A DNA stretch of 64,000 nt from Podarcis pityusensis (lineage: Eukaryota): the NCBI GenBank assembly GCA_964106645.2, contig OZ067038.1. One strand, written 5' to 3'. Every line of letters starts with the position of its first letter. The stretch's first letter is position 1. Position numbers and translations under genes: made by a program. Shown here in pieces: positions 38,223 to 51,720 of the stretch. The notes beneath the pieces were generated by a model. The model saw only the letters and a program-made list of their open reading frames with translations, made no database searches and was not told the origin of the DNA.

Positions 38223-39081
38223 CAGGTGTGTGTAACTATTTGTGTAACAGAGGGTGGGGGAACGTGCGCATGCCTGTAGGTGTAGTGAGGATAGATGCTG
38301 TTTGTGTGTGTTTTGTATGGTGGTGAGTGTGCTTGTGTGGAATGTATGTCTGTGGTGTGTGCATGTAGAAATATGCATTGGCCACACCCATTATTGGCAT
38401 GCATCCCTTAGAGAAGTACCTGACTTTCAGCACTACCCTTGAGCCAACATTATTTTAGCCACCCATGAGTTAAAACATATATTTAGACAAGCTACTGCCT
38501 GTTTTTTAAAAAAGAACCAATCAAGCTTTGGCTTGCCAAAGGACTAACAAAAAAGGGCCTGTTCAAGCAGACTCTCTAAGACTGCACAATTTCTTACTTC
38601 TTCGGAATGATTCTCTTTCTGCCCCTCAAACCCAAGCGACTTTCAGCTTCCTTACTGGAACATCCTAATCCAACTCTGTATAATTCTTGTTCAGACTAGA
38701 GTTCATTGTTTTTCCAGCTTTCTTCAGCTGTGCTATTCAGTCCCAAAGTAGCTCTAGCTGTTATGGTTCAGTGCCTCACCATGGGCTTGCAATAAGCAGC
38801 AGATGTTTTCTTCAACGTATGATAAACTCTCTTAACAGGGTTATATACGTTGGCATCATGTTAGGCCACAATGATACCTTAGGTGGCAACGATGCCAGAA
38901 GACAGGCAGCCCTGCAGAAGGACCCTATTCCAACATTCACAAACAGCAAGCTGTGCTTTATAGCTGCCCCACATCCCTAGCTAACAAAACCACCATTCAA
39001 AATGGGGAAAGAGATATTAGATGTCACCGAGCTCACATGAGAGAGTAGTTATAAACCATGACCCTAAATAATCTCACTTAC

Positions 39082-39142
39082 CCTTGGACTGCTGAGTGGG
39101 CTGGTCGACAGGCCAGAGGAAGCTCCACTGATTGAGCGAGAC
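39082..39142 (-). CDS. BRSK2: BRSK2 coding exon (~exon 13, 61 nt): (R)SRSISGASSGLSTSPLSSPR
   Basis: Acceptor gtgtttactcag|GTCT, donor AAGG|gtaagt; translated by hand and identical to recalled BRSK2. Confidence 0.96.
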
Positions 39143-40933
39143 CTGAGTAAACACAACAGGAAGACAAGGCCCTGAGAAACCCCTGTCAAAAGACACACCA
39201 CCCTGCTGTGCCAGCCACCACCATATTAAACCTCTGCATTAAGTTGTGGCTCACATTTCTAACAAGAAACTGCATATATAGCCGACATTTGTTTTCAAAG
39301 GGCAGATGTACATGAAGACGCCCATCCCTTTGTTCATCAGTCTCACGTTTTATAATAATATTTTTTTATCTGTGTGCATCTGGAAATACCTCCCTTATAA
39401 GATCCCCATCCTATCCCCCATGATCTCACTCTGAAGGAGCTTTGATCTCTGTTGTAAAGATCAGGTAAAAAGAGAAATGTCTGGCAAGGAAAAAAATAGA
39501 CTGCACTGCTGCAGCTGTTTTTACAATGGCAGACCAACAAGTATATAAGTCACCTATTCTCCTGTTGGTTGAGAACACCATCATTTTGAAATCAGATGGA
39601 TCTTTCTTAACCTTCCATTTAGGAAATATTTTTTTTCCACTGACTAGCAAGGTATTTCATATGAAATCATTGGCCCATATGTTTACAGGCACAATACTAC
39701 TTCCAAAGGCCTCAGCCCCTTGCTATCACCATTCATCAAAATGATTATGCATAGATAAGTGGCTCAGAAACAGCATGGAATTCACACGGCCGAATACAGA
39801 AGCAAAGGAGCTCCTTGTTAATCCCAGTTATCAATGCTAACACACATTACCAAAGATATTTTCACGTCTCCGGTTACGTCTAATGTCTGAGAAAAACCTA
39901 CATTGGCTTTAAATAATGCACATTCAAAGTTTCCTCCTCTTTCATTTCCACATCAGCACCATTGATCCATAGTACAAATCAAAAGCATGTTCGACAGCCC
40001 CATATGTGAAAAATGTTAAAGAAATTGCCAGCTTATGTTGGCATTTCTTGAAATCTTTGGCTTGACCTTCCTCATCTCTGCTGGAACCATGGACTTTAAA
40101 AAGGATGATACAACAATGGAAGCAAACCCAGTCAACAAGATAATATGCAATATATCACTTAGTCCTAATCTGTATTGCAACCTTATGGTGGGGGGACTGC
40201 TTTCAGTAAAACAAATTAACGAATGTATAGATTTCTCAAAGAGAACATTTTGATTCCGCTCATACAACTAGATCTATGACATGCAAGTTATAAGGTAAGA
40301 GATATATAATAGATGTATATATCTGTACATCAACAGGAAAACCTGGCTTGGAAAGAGCTTTTAAGCTCTCCACCCTGTGTGTGCTTAATGTGTATGATTT
40401 AAGCTGCTGGCTGGCAAGCACATAATGCTGAAATTGTGCAAGTTAAATGTGTGCAAGTTGCCCATACATACATATATAACTAGCATCAGATAGCAGGTCT
40501 ACCATTTCTCATAAGGCATGGGCACTGGGTCTACCAAGATGAGCAGTCCTAGCCTCTACCCCGCTATTGCGTCTCAATGGGCAGATTTGCTAGCCATCAA
40601 AAGGTACACCTGGTGTCCAGATGACATCTTCTCACCCTTGACTGAAACCCTGTTCTTTCCCTGGCCTTTAATTAACTGCTGAAACTCTCCATTCTTGCCT
40701 TTTGTTGCTAGAATCAATTTCACAGCTCCCTTGCATCTCCCTAAAAAAAGATAACATGCCAGGAGACTAGTTAACTGCACTGAACAGTTGTTATTTGTCA
40801 CCCCAATGCCCCCTTTCCCCCTGTTGTTGTATTGTTATAACAACACTGAGCTAAGCCATGTCCTCTCAGCCAGGCCCTCCCCCCACCTGCAATACAGGTT
40901 TAATATGGATGGACTTTATCTGTACTGGCAGGG

Positions 40934-41300
40934 TGTTATGTACTGAGTTGAATAGGATCCAAACTGCAGCAGTCTGATTGGTCCTAGAACAATAGGATCC
41001 AAAATGCAGCAGTCTGATTGGTCCTAGAACAATAGGATTCAGAATGCAGCAGTCTGATAGGTCCTAGAACAATGCAGCAGCATGATTGGTCGGCAGGAGC
41101 CACCCAATCCAGCTCCAGATAGAAGTGAATCCACAACCTGATTGGCCTACAGGAGAATTCCGGAATTAGCCAATCACGTGCAGCCCATTGTGTAAATAAT
41201 ATATATAAAGCAGATACCTTGAGGGGACATTCATTCCCTCCTCACCACTATGAGCTGAATAAAGAGCATGAAATCACTTTGCGACTCTGAGTATATTTCA
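40934..41300 (+). mobile_element. Solo LTR (TG...CA, 367 bp) with 5-bp TSD CAGGG
   Basis: Starts TGTTATG and ends TTTCA, with CAGGG on both sides. It contains three 40-bp tandem units (40951-41070), CCAAT boxes, CACGTG, a TATA at ~41204 and AATAAA at 41258. Confidence 0.85.
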
Positions 41301-43864
41301 CAGGGTTATTAAAAAACGTGTACAGCCCTGGGTATGCGTGGGTTACATTTTAGGGTATGAAACAAGTCCTTAGTTAGAAAGATGCTACCTTTTGGCGGGG
41401 TAGACACACTACTGTCCAGATAAAAGTGAAACAGGAAGTTGCTCCTACAACCAGTGGGTGTGTCATTCTAGCCTTCCTTTTGTCTAATTGGCTAGCTCTG
41501 CTGTCCTAAATGAACCACGACTTCATTTGTTAACGAACAACCCTATAAAGCAGGAGCTGGCTTGCTTTGTAAACGGGCAGAATTGGTGCCGACACATTTT
41601 GCTTCCTGTCTCAGGTTCTACAGCAGCTAGAGAAGGATTTGTTTTTTAAAAAACAAACAAATCCGAAAGCTGATAATCTGGGAGTTATGGTTCAGCCCTC
41701 TGACACCTATGATGGGAGGCAGCAAATGTCAGCTCACTAGCTGTGTTTTCCTCATTGCCATGGCAGCAGGGATGCCTTCCTGAATTATCATGAGAACAAG
41801 GATCACGCACAGCTTAGGGGGCACTTTTAAAAGACTGGGGAGTGGCTGGCCAAGGATGATCCTCCCTTGGGTTCCAGAGGGAGTGCTGTAGATGTCCCCT
41901 CTCTTTGAAACCCCCCTTCTCAAGGCTGCTTATTTGTTGGAAGACCCTGAGGCCTGCATGCCTCACTCCACCAATGTGGGGATCAGCATGAGAAAGAATG
42001 AAACAAAGGCACATAGGGCAGAGAGGGATAGAGATACATAGTGAGGGGAGAGTTACATGCTATGCTATTTATCAGCCAGGAAATTGGCTGTAGGCCTTTA
42101 GTGAATAAACTACAGTTTTATTAATCTAGTTTTAAGGCTTGCAGCTATAAAGAAAATGTTACACTTAAATACATCAAAGCTTGTTTATAAAGAATAACCT
42201 CCAAACTGAACCTAGAAGCATCCTTGTAGCTCCAATGCCTTAAAGGAAATGAAAATAAGAAGTGGGGTTTTGTATGTCTTACACTCCTGTCAGTATCACC
42301 TTTGCAGGTTAAGAAAACAGAGCACCCTAGCCACATTATTTAAAATTTCTGAAGGAAGGTTCTTTGTTCTTCACCCATCAGCCATCAGCAAAGAAACCAG
42401 GGGTCAGCTCCTTCTCATGAAACTGGCCCAGAGCACTGAGAATTCAGACTCAAGCAAAGACAGAGATCGTGCACTGGGCAGCAATATGGATTCTCCTTTT
42501 GGGGAAGCTCCATAGACACTATCACCAGCATTAGTAACCCGAGTAGTCACACTGGGAGGACAAAAATAAGGAATTGTGACACCTTACTTTGCTGAAAGGG
42601 TTTTTTTATCTATGGATTTGAAAGACAATTATTTAACAGGAAACATCCATTTGCATATAATCTTCACAGAATCTCTGGAGGAATTAAGGTGAGTCTTGTC
42701 TCTCATTATTCTGGTCGGGTAAATTTCTTACAATTGGTCATACTTTGAGCAGGTATCTTCTTTTGAGGGTTGAACATATTTTAGACACTCCTCTCCACCC
42801 CTAATGAGTGACACAGTGTGTTGTGAACATTTTATTACCATGAGTTTGTAAGAGCAGTATTGCTGAGAAATGCTAGAAGGTCATCATGGCAATGATGAGG
42901 CAATCCTGGCTCCATCTGTAAGCCAGAGAAGGAGCAGCTGCAAGGAGTTTGTCCTTCACCCTCCCATGAATGAACAGCCTGCTCCAACTGCCAGGAACTT
43001 GGGGCTGCAGAATTGAAAAGAGCCATTCTCTGCCCTCTTCCGCCAGTCAAGGCAATCCTTGCCTCCCAGGAAGACTGTACAGGCAGGGAAGAGATCAGCC
43101 TGACCCCATACATTGGCCATTGAAAGAGCAGCTGCTTTGCTCTTTCCTTCCCATCTCTTTTTTCTTTTATATTATGTCTATATGATTGAAACCTGTGGAC
43201 AGGGACTACATGATCTTTTATTAAATTTCAGGCCCTAAACAACAATAACAGCAACAACAACAACAACTCTGAATATGTGTCTGTTAGAAATTATACCAGA
43301 ATATATGAAACATGTTTGATCCTTATCCTGCTTCACAGCAAAACTATTTTAGAAACTGGAAACATTTTTCACATCTGTAAAGGGAAAGGCCGTAGAAAGA
43401 CCATGAATCATGGAATGTAAACAGACATGTGACACACAGTTCCACACGTCTGCTCCTTCAGGTGGAATGGAAATGTCAACACCTCTTCATCAGCCGGCCA
43501 CATTCCTGTGTCTCACAGTTCCCCTTATGATGAACTATAGGCAGTTTGGTTTGTTAACTGGGCAACCAAATCTCTTCTGATGTGATTGATTTTTAAAAAA
43601 TGCTTTAAATGATCTAACTGCCCCAAAGTGATTATTTCTCTCAGGATTCAATACAAATAAACAAAAACCTGTCAGCCCCCCCCCCCCGGCAAATAAAACA
43701 AAAAAAGCAAACTGGTCAAATATGACCTACAGGGTTTTGGGGTTTTTTGCTTAAGAAAGTGGATGGTAGGGGTCTTTCTGCTTCTATAATCTGCCATTCC
43801 CCAGGAAAGCAACACAACATGTCAGAAGCATGAGTACTAATTCAGCAGTAATAAAAAAAGGACG

Positions 43865-43871
<7 letters not shown>

Positions 43872-43952
<81 letters not shown>
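43872..43952. repeat. (GA)n microsatellite
   Basis: Seen directly; one interruption. Confidence 0.95.
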
Positions 43953-43954
<2 letters not shown>

Positions 43955-46178
43955 GTGTGTCTGGTGCCTTTTGACCCCAGACAGGGCTCTTGTACCTTTG
44001 ACACAGCTTAATAAATAGAAATTCAACAGGAAAAGCATTGCCTATTTTGTATCTCCATGCCAGAAAAAATAGCACCTGACAAATTTATGCTACTTTTTGT
44101 TGTTCTTGCATTTGTTAGAGGTAGAAAGGCCATGCCACAGCAGATTGCAGAAATTCTACTCAGGAATATGAGTAGGTTATGCTTGTGGATGTAGCATGAG
44201 GATAGGTTTGAGAATTCTACAGAGTCAGGAGGTTCCATTCAGACTGGGGGCCCTTTCATGTACATTTTTAACAGCACCTCTGGGCTCTTTTAAAATTCTG
44301 AAAGTTGCCTGCTCAGTTTCATCACAGTAGTCATGTTCCAAGTTGTGGAAAAATGTAAAATGCTAGTAGTTTTCAGCAGGAGGAGAGAAGGGTGTCAACA
44401 TTCATGCCTTCTAGTGTTTGTTTAAGTAGAGGCTGGTGAGAGGGTGACTCAGATAAGAGAATAGGACTCTATATATTTCACTACAGGATCCTCTTTATGG
44501 ATGTTTCACGTTCTAAAATTCTGTATGTGCACACGCATACGTACACACATACAATATTCATGCCAGTAGGGTTTTGTGTCATTTGGTACAGCACTCCTTT
44601 TCTTCAGAAGGTGCTTAGATATTGGAAGCAGAGTCAGGATGATTAGACAATAGTGGAAGCAATGCATCCACAGAGACATATTGCTTTTGCTGTCACTGTG
44701 ACTAAATAGGTGACAGAAAATTCACCACCATGGAATCCTGAAGCCAACTGAGCCGACCAAACACCTGCTCTGAAACTGCAGCAGCTCCTTCTGACTATCA
44801 AGTTCCACATTTCACCTGTATCAGCCGTCATTTAAGCACATCCCACACCATGAAGACAATAAGGAGCTGCATACAAACTGCGGCCAGTTTGTTGATTAAA
44901 TAATTTTATATCCCTCCCTTCCTCCCAATACGGTGCACAGGGCAGCTTACAACAACCATGTCGGCCATTCTGAGGCTGCAGTACCTTTTACCTAACCACA
45001 AAGGATGGCGGCACTTGGAAAAAAACAACCCTGTGTGTAAGTTCAATACAGCTTAATGGAGATGAGAAGGAACTGTTGCTATTGTGGTTGGCCTGATGCG
45101 GACTTTTCTGCCCAGCTGCTTGTTATGTAAGTGTGAGAACTGGACATAGCAGGAAGAGATGGAGGCAGTTGGCTCTACTCTCTGCTGGCTCCCCTTGAGT
45201 CTCCGTTGATAGAGCACAGAAAGCAGGATGGCCCAGCACCATGACCATGGCTATAAAGGTCTTGCTTTGCAGTTCAACTGCCAGGGGGCTTTTCTTTATT
45301 AGACATTATGCACAAAGCCATCAAAAGTCATATAAATATAAATTCATACCACAGGGAGGCTCCCCCATAGAACCTTGTGGCTTGACAACAGGTTTGGGGG
45401 GGATCTGTGGTCCTCCAGATGCTACTGGATTACAAATACCATCAGTCACACACACCCCCATACACCCACCCACCCCATCCTACACGGCATACGTTACATT
45501 TTAGGGCTATGCCTCAGTGTAAGGATGAGGTAGTTTTGTCAGTGGGCCAAGCAAGAACATTTTTTTACAAGAATGTAAAAGCAGCTGGGGGGGGGGAGGG
45601 GGCTGAGGGTAACTCTTCCCTCCTGCACTATTATCCTGGTCTAAGTTGCCCCCTCCAAAGATGCTATATGTTCTTTGAGGGGAAAATATAGGTTCCAATA
45701 TAGTATTTGTAAGTGTTCCCCCACTGGACGAATAGCAGCTGGAAGGATTTTAGCTGGGAAGATGATAGGAGGAAAAAAGGTTAACTGCTGTTCCCCACCG
45801 CAGTGACCTTGATTCAGTTCAGCTCCCTTCCCCAAGCTGGTTTTAATATTTACCTTTTCAAAAACAAATGTAAAAAAATAAATAAATTATAGGAGCTCTG
45901 ATCACAGTTGCCAAGATGTCATATTGAAATTTGCCCTCACTATGCACTAGGCTTCTAAGATGCATGTGAAGTCAGAGCAAGTGTTTTCTCCCCCTCACTC
46001 ACAAACACACACACAAACATTGTTGTATATATATATTTTTCCTCCTGTACGTTTCCCCCCCCCCCCCCCGTAACACAGTTTCATGATAATATTTATACTG
46101 TGATCATTAAAAGAAACTTCTCTACCCAGAAGAAAACAACAGGTCCCACAACAGGTATAATCCAAAACTGGAGCTTAC

Positions 46179-46202
46179 CCCAATGCGTCAGCACTTGTCA
46201 TC
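46179..46202 (-). CDS. BRSK2: Candidate BRSK2 24-nt microexon (phase 2/2): (R)MTSADAL(G)
   Basis: ~90-nt AG-free polypyrimidine tract ending ccccactgccaag|GATG, strong donor GGG|gtaagc, 24 nt with no stop, and a UGC next to the 3' splice site. Confidence 0.7.
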
Positions 46203-47899
46203 CTTGGCAGTGGGGAATAAATAGAGGAGAAGGAGAGAGAAAGAAAGGGACGTGGAAGCAGGTGGAGAAAAGAGTACGAAAAGCAGAGTGAAATACTGTT
46301 CGGAGAACTACATGGTCATAATTATTGCCACAGGCATCTGCTGCTGATGGAAGCACCAGTGGGGAATTACGCATGGGAAGGGGGAGGTTTTCATTTCCTA
46401 AACAAATATTTCCATATAGCTCATAATCATAGAAGAAGTTTGCATCTGGGATTATGGGGGCAGACACATCAAGTGTAAACGTGAAAAATAAAACATTGCT
46501 TGCCCACCCTCATTAAGCCAGTCTGTGGAGTTAGCAGTCCAGATCTGATTTGCGGTTGTTTTTATTTATGGCAAATAATCAGATTTTGCACAGTGGGCTG
46601 TACTGAAAAGGATGTGGATCTTCCTCCATTTTACTCATGTAAGATTCTCCTGCCCAGTGATGACCAGCTAGGAATCTCCTTTTCCACTGTGTATATCTAT
46701 ACTTTATATGTAGTGTTAAATGCACTGATAATTAAGACCAATATTTCTGAATGGGTATGAGGCCCGGGTGAACAAAGCTACAAGTGAAGGATGTAACTCA
46801 CTGGGAGTTTCTCCTGTTCTGCTGAAATATATAAAAACATATATGTATTGCCTTTCATGGCTGCTATTCATCTGAGTGAGACTCATGTAGAAATCCTGAG
46901 TAGGTTGTGTCCAAAGTTGCAACTCTACTTTAATTCTGGCTGAAAGGACCTTCAACTTTTTCCAAAATAGATAAAAATCTATTTTTATTAAATTAAAATT
47001 AAAACCAGGGGTTCTCTGCCTAAAAACAGTGGAAAATAAATGCACAATATAAAATAAATGCAGCCTTAAGCACACGCTATTAAAAGAGATGTTAACTGTT
47101 TCTCTGTCCTACTACAAATTATAACACTGCTAAGTTACATTTCTACCCTGGTTTTCATTTTAATGTTGCTCAAGTCACATCACACTTGTGATGGGCAAGC
47201 AGAAATCTGTAGATGTATTGTGGAATAAACTTGCATGATTATTATTCATTCCCCCCCCCCCCATATCCCAGTTTTGTCTCCCTCTTCCCAACTTCTGTAG
47301 GGATCATTTTAAAAAGCTTTCATTTAAGTCTTAATCTCCTTTTAAACCAGGTACTGTGCATTGTTGGTTGGTTGCTTACCCCACTAACCAAGTCATCTAA
47401 CTTTCTCTAGGAGGCTGTCACAGAAACAAAAGAGCCTGTTGGTTAAGCCAATCTCAAACAACATGCCAATTTCCTATGGGAAACTTTAAAGGACTTGAGT
47501 GCAAAACACTAGATACACCAAAGGATGGCCTTTCCTCATGTTTCTGAAGTATATTTCTCAAGTTTGCTCAGCATTGAGACTGTGCAACATGGAAGCTGTA
47601 AAGAAATACTATGTCTTAGACAACAATTAAATAATGTCCCTTCCAACTCCACAGTTCTACCTAATTGTATGATAACATGTTGATTGCCACAGGATAGTCA
47701 AACTACTTCCTCTTTCTGCTTTAGGAGACTCATCTCCACAGCAAGCCTCTTCTGTTCTGGCAATGGAAATTTACTGCCCTATCCTAACATGCACTATTGG
47801 GCCATAAGCCAGAAATAGCAGCTTAGAAGACACACAGAAGGTGAAATTGCTCTCCCTCAAGCTGATCCCGTCTTCTGCTTCTGAAATAGAGTCTGATAA

Positions 47900-48526
47900 A
47901 GCATCCAGTGAACTGTCTTGTCTTATTTTATGGGATCAGCCTCAGTTTTTTTGAGGCCTGGGGATGTGGACAAGATGCTTGCCTATTTACTTACTATTTA
48001 CTCTCTTGACCCTTGCTCATCATGCCTGATCAAAGCTAGTCATGCAGAGTTAACCAGGTGGATCCAGGGATTGGTAAATGCATCACTTTGTGAAACTGCA
48101 TTTCACTGTGTGACCACTTCTGAAAAGCCGGTACTGGGATCCAGAGGTTTATTCCAACTAACACCTGTTTACTAATACTCCTTTTGGGGGCAATGTGCTT
48201 GAGAAGGTGGTGGTTGCTCACCTACAGGTGCACTCTTGGAGGAAACTGATTATCTGCACCTATTTCAATCTGAATTCAGACGTGGTTTTAAGACAGAATT
48301 GGCCCTGATCACTCTGATGGATGACTTCCAGCAGAGAAACAGAGGGAGTGCAACCCAGTTTATCTTGTTGGATCTCTCAGTAGCTTTTGATACTGTTGAC
48401 CACAGTATTCTCCTGGATCATCTCCACTGGAAATAGTTCCAGTAAGTAGCATTGGAGGACTGTGCCTTGGTTTAATGTTTAATTATGTTTTTGTATGTGC
48501 TGGAAGCCACCAAAGTAATCTGATGG

Positions 48527-48562
<36 letters not shown>

Positions 48563-49685
48563 TAACCCCCCTCTCCAATTCCTATGGGCTGTTCTGGTGG
48601 TTCTCCCTCCCCCCAACAATTTGGGGAGAGTGCAGGGAAAATCACTTCTGCACAAGCAGAAGTCCTTGTGCACAGCTACCACCGACAGAGATCCTTAGAT
48701 GAATCCTATCCAATGTCCCCAATACTATTTAACAACTACGGTACATGCAGCCACTGGGAGCAGCCATTAGGAGATTTGAAGCCAATAGTCACCAATAGAC
48801 AGATGACGCAGAGCTCTGTTTCACTGTAACATCTGGGTCAGGCAAGGATGTGAATTTCCTGAACCAGTGTCTGGCCACAATAATGGAATAAACTGAGAAT
48901 GACTCCCGGGAAGACAGAAACCCTATACAGTAGATAGGCCTTTCTCATGGTCAAGAAATTAGACGTCTGCTTGTTCTGGATGTGTTTGCATTTCCTCCAC
49001 CGGAGTAGGTACATAGTATCCTAGATCAATCTTTGTCAATAGAGACCAAAGTGGCTACTGCGGCACATAGTGTTCACTACCAACTTTGTTTGGTGTGACA
49101 GATATGCCCATTCCTTGGCAGCAATAGTGGTCCATGGTGTAGCATGCTGTTTGGGGTGCTGCTCTTAAACTTGGTTTGCAGCTTGTGCAGAATATTGTGG
49201 CTGGAGAGTACTGAGTGTCTAGGTATGTACACCAGTGCTTGAAGATCTGCATCAGGTGGCTATCTACTATCGAGCTGAATTCAAAGTTTTATTATTAACA
49301 TGTAAAGCCCTAAACAACAACTTGGGACCAGTATACCTAGATGACCACCTCCCCTGTTATAGGCCAAATCATCCTTTACAATAACCAGGCCCTGTTCACT
49401 GTAGGATGGCCAGTGGATTGCCAGCTGGAAACCATTTGGAAGCAGGCCTCTTCAGTTATAGCACTAACCCTCTGTCCCCCACAAGAGAGATAGAAGAAGC
49501 TCAATCTCAGTTGTCTACTCAGGCGTATTTGGATGCTTGAGAGCGTTATCCTGCTCAGACTTGCTGTTTAAATGATTGTCTTATTAACAATGCATTCATT
49601 GCAATTTGTTGTATTTTGATGTCCTAATTTTTGTAAACCACTTAGGGATTTTGCCAAAAATGTCAAAAATGTAAAATAAATAAAA
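47900..49685 (+). mobile_element. Decayed L2 LINE (reverse-transcriptase remnants and 3' tail), interrupted by an (AAT)n-containing insert
   Basis: ORF 48236..48436 has L2/CR1-clade RT motifs (FQSEFRRGFKTELAL...LLDLSVAFDTVDHSILL); further frameshifted remnants follow to an aaataaataaa tail. Boundaries are approximate. Confidence 0.8.
48527..48562. repeat. (AAT)n microsatellite
   Basis: Seen directly. Confidence 0.95.
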
Positions 49686-50291
49686 CACTCAACTCTCCTC
49701 CATTTCATAAATGATATTGCCATTTGGATAGATGTCCTTTCAATCAGATTTGAGGTGTTACTAGAAGGTCCATCAGACACATATTTCTAACTTATTTACA
49801 CCCATACACATTATTCTTTGTGTATCCCGTATAGTCCTTGTATACCTTCCATCTTTGTGCAGTTCTGGTGAATATTACTGATGTAGAGAAGGAATATATT
49901 AAACTTATAAACCCACATTTTCATATATAAAAGGCCACATTTTCTTGCCAGATTTAGCAGTGTAGATATTTTTACAATTGATGTTCCCAAGTACATTATC
50001 TGGTTATCTGGATGTGCATGTAAATCAATGTGCAAGTGACTGCACATAACACATACACAAATGCTGAGAAAGTAAACAGAATTTGTGTGTGTGTTTTTAT
50101 ATCAATGTGGACACATAAATGCTATTAATCTTTAGTTTTCCCAGAAAGGGAAAGGCACTTAGGATTTTAACGATGAGTATGGACATCACATTGACAATGG
50201 GGAAAGAAAGTAGGGAAATGAGGTTATTTAAACAAAAATAATAATCCCAGAACACAATAAACCCAGCAGCGCAGACATGTGCATTTCCTAC

Positions 50292-50345
50292 AGTACTGAA
50301 GCATGTGAACTACGGAGCGGCAGCAACCCAGATGTAGAAGAAGCA
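50292..50345 (-). CDS. BRSK2: Candidate BRSK2 cassette exon (54 nt, phase 2/2): (S)ASSTSGLLPLRSSHASV(L)
   Basis: Strong acceptor (long UC tract...tgttgccctgtccctcag|TGCT) and a modest donor ACT|gtagga. Frame preserving; read-through past the donor meets TAG immediately. Confidence 0.5.
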
Positions 50346-50401
50346 CTGAGGGACAGGGCAACAGATGAGAGACACAGAAAGAGAGAAAGACTAGAAAGAC
50401 T

Positions 50402-50404
<3 letters not shown>

Positions 50405-50442
<38 letters not shown>

Positions 50443-50455
50443 AGAGAGAGAGAGA
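50405..50455. repeat. (GA)n microsatellite, read as (UC)n in the BRSK2 pre-mRNA
   Basis: Seen directly. Confidence 0.95.
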
Positions 50456-51720
50456 AAATGGAGGGAGAGAGGGAGGGAAAGAAACAGTGGCCTCAGCTAC
50501 CAAGACAACTGTGTGCATCTAGAGGGGCAGGATCCTTAAAGATGCAGTATTCCTTTTAAAATAAACCAAGAGTGAGAGAAATATTAAGACATTGACCAGG
50601 CACCATTTCAAATGTGTGATTTGTTATCCCAACAAGGAAATATTTTGATGGGGTTTTCTTTGTTGCACTTCTTTTCTGCTCCTGCACTTGGACCTATATT
50701 TTCTCATCTTCCCATAACCTTTTCCTCAGTGTACATAAAAAAGACCTAACCCATAAAATTTTAGAAATCCCCCTTTCCCCTTTGTGGATCACACATGTCC
50801 CCCCCCTCCATTTTCTTCATCCTTTCGTAGATCAGAAAACTGCCACTTTGGGTCAGAGTTAAGATTGTGCTGTTTGTAACTGATTTCTGCAATGGCTTTC
50901 AAATCATAATTATTTCTATAGATGGGAGTACAATGGCCATATATTCGTCTCATACAAAAGGTTATGGAGTATGGTTGATCTTTTCTGTGGATTTGTATTT
51001 GCTAAACTATTCTTACAAATGGTTTATCTTCAAATTGTGATGCTGCATGTCCTACTTCAACAAACTTTTCTAAGAAATAGTTGAGACTTGTGGTGAGTTG
51101 TGATCTGTTTATGAATCGAGCCATTCCCAAAAATTGTTCAGCTCATGCATACCCACTGTAAAAGTCCATTTGTATTGACTTCAAGATGTGAAATGGAGCC
51201 TACTTTTGTCGGTTCTTCCAGGAAGGACCAGAACTGGAAATGTTACTCCTGTCACTAATAAAATATTGATGCATTTATAGAGGTCTCCACCTCCTAAGCA
51301 TTCCATGTGCTTCACAAACACTGTCTCAACAATGCTCAACATATAAAATAGGCCAGCATTGCATTTCCCCTGTTACAGAACCAGTTCAAAACTAAGAGAG
51401 GCTGCTGTAGCAAAGTGAGACTTGTCTGTTTTTCAAAAGAAAAGAAAAAACAGTGCACGCACCCATTCTGGGGAAATGGTAAGTTGGCTGAGACTTGTGT
51501 AACTACAGGAGAAAAAAAGGTTAAGGTGGGTTGAATGATGGTGGGAGGATCTAGTAAAACCTTTTATTTTTTCTTAAGGGAAATGCATCAAAAGCCACTG
51601 TAGTGATAAGGAAGGGGGAAATGGCCAAGGCTGGGCTATCATCCTGATCTGTCTGGCAAGAACTTTGACAGGGCTAACAAGATGTGGTTAGGTTTTCAGA
51701 ACCCCACCCCACAACCTCAC

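Noticed and set aside
40951-41070. Regular 40-bp repeats that superficially resemble a CRISPR array
   Set aside because: Head-to-tail repeats with no unique spacers, inside a solo LTR in a vertebrate genome; no cas genes.
41900-42060. Long pyrimidine tract ending at GGAG/GCAG acceptors
   Set aside because: The first AG is a weak GAG, the frame stops after ~14 codons, and there is no clear donor.
43730-43952. Possible exon downstream of the long (UC)n tract
   Set aside because: An AG is present (gaattag|TACT), but no frame-compatible donor was found; treated as a plain microsatellite.
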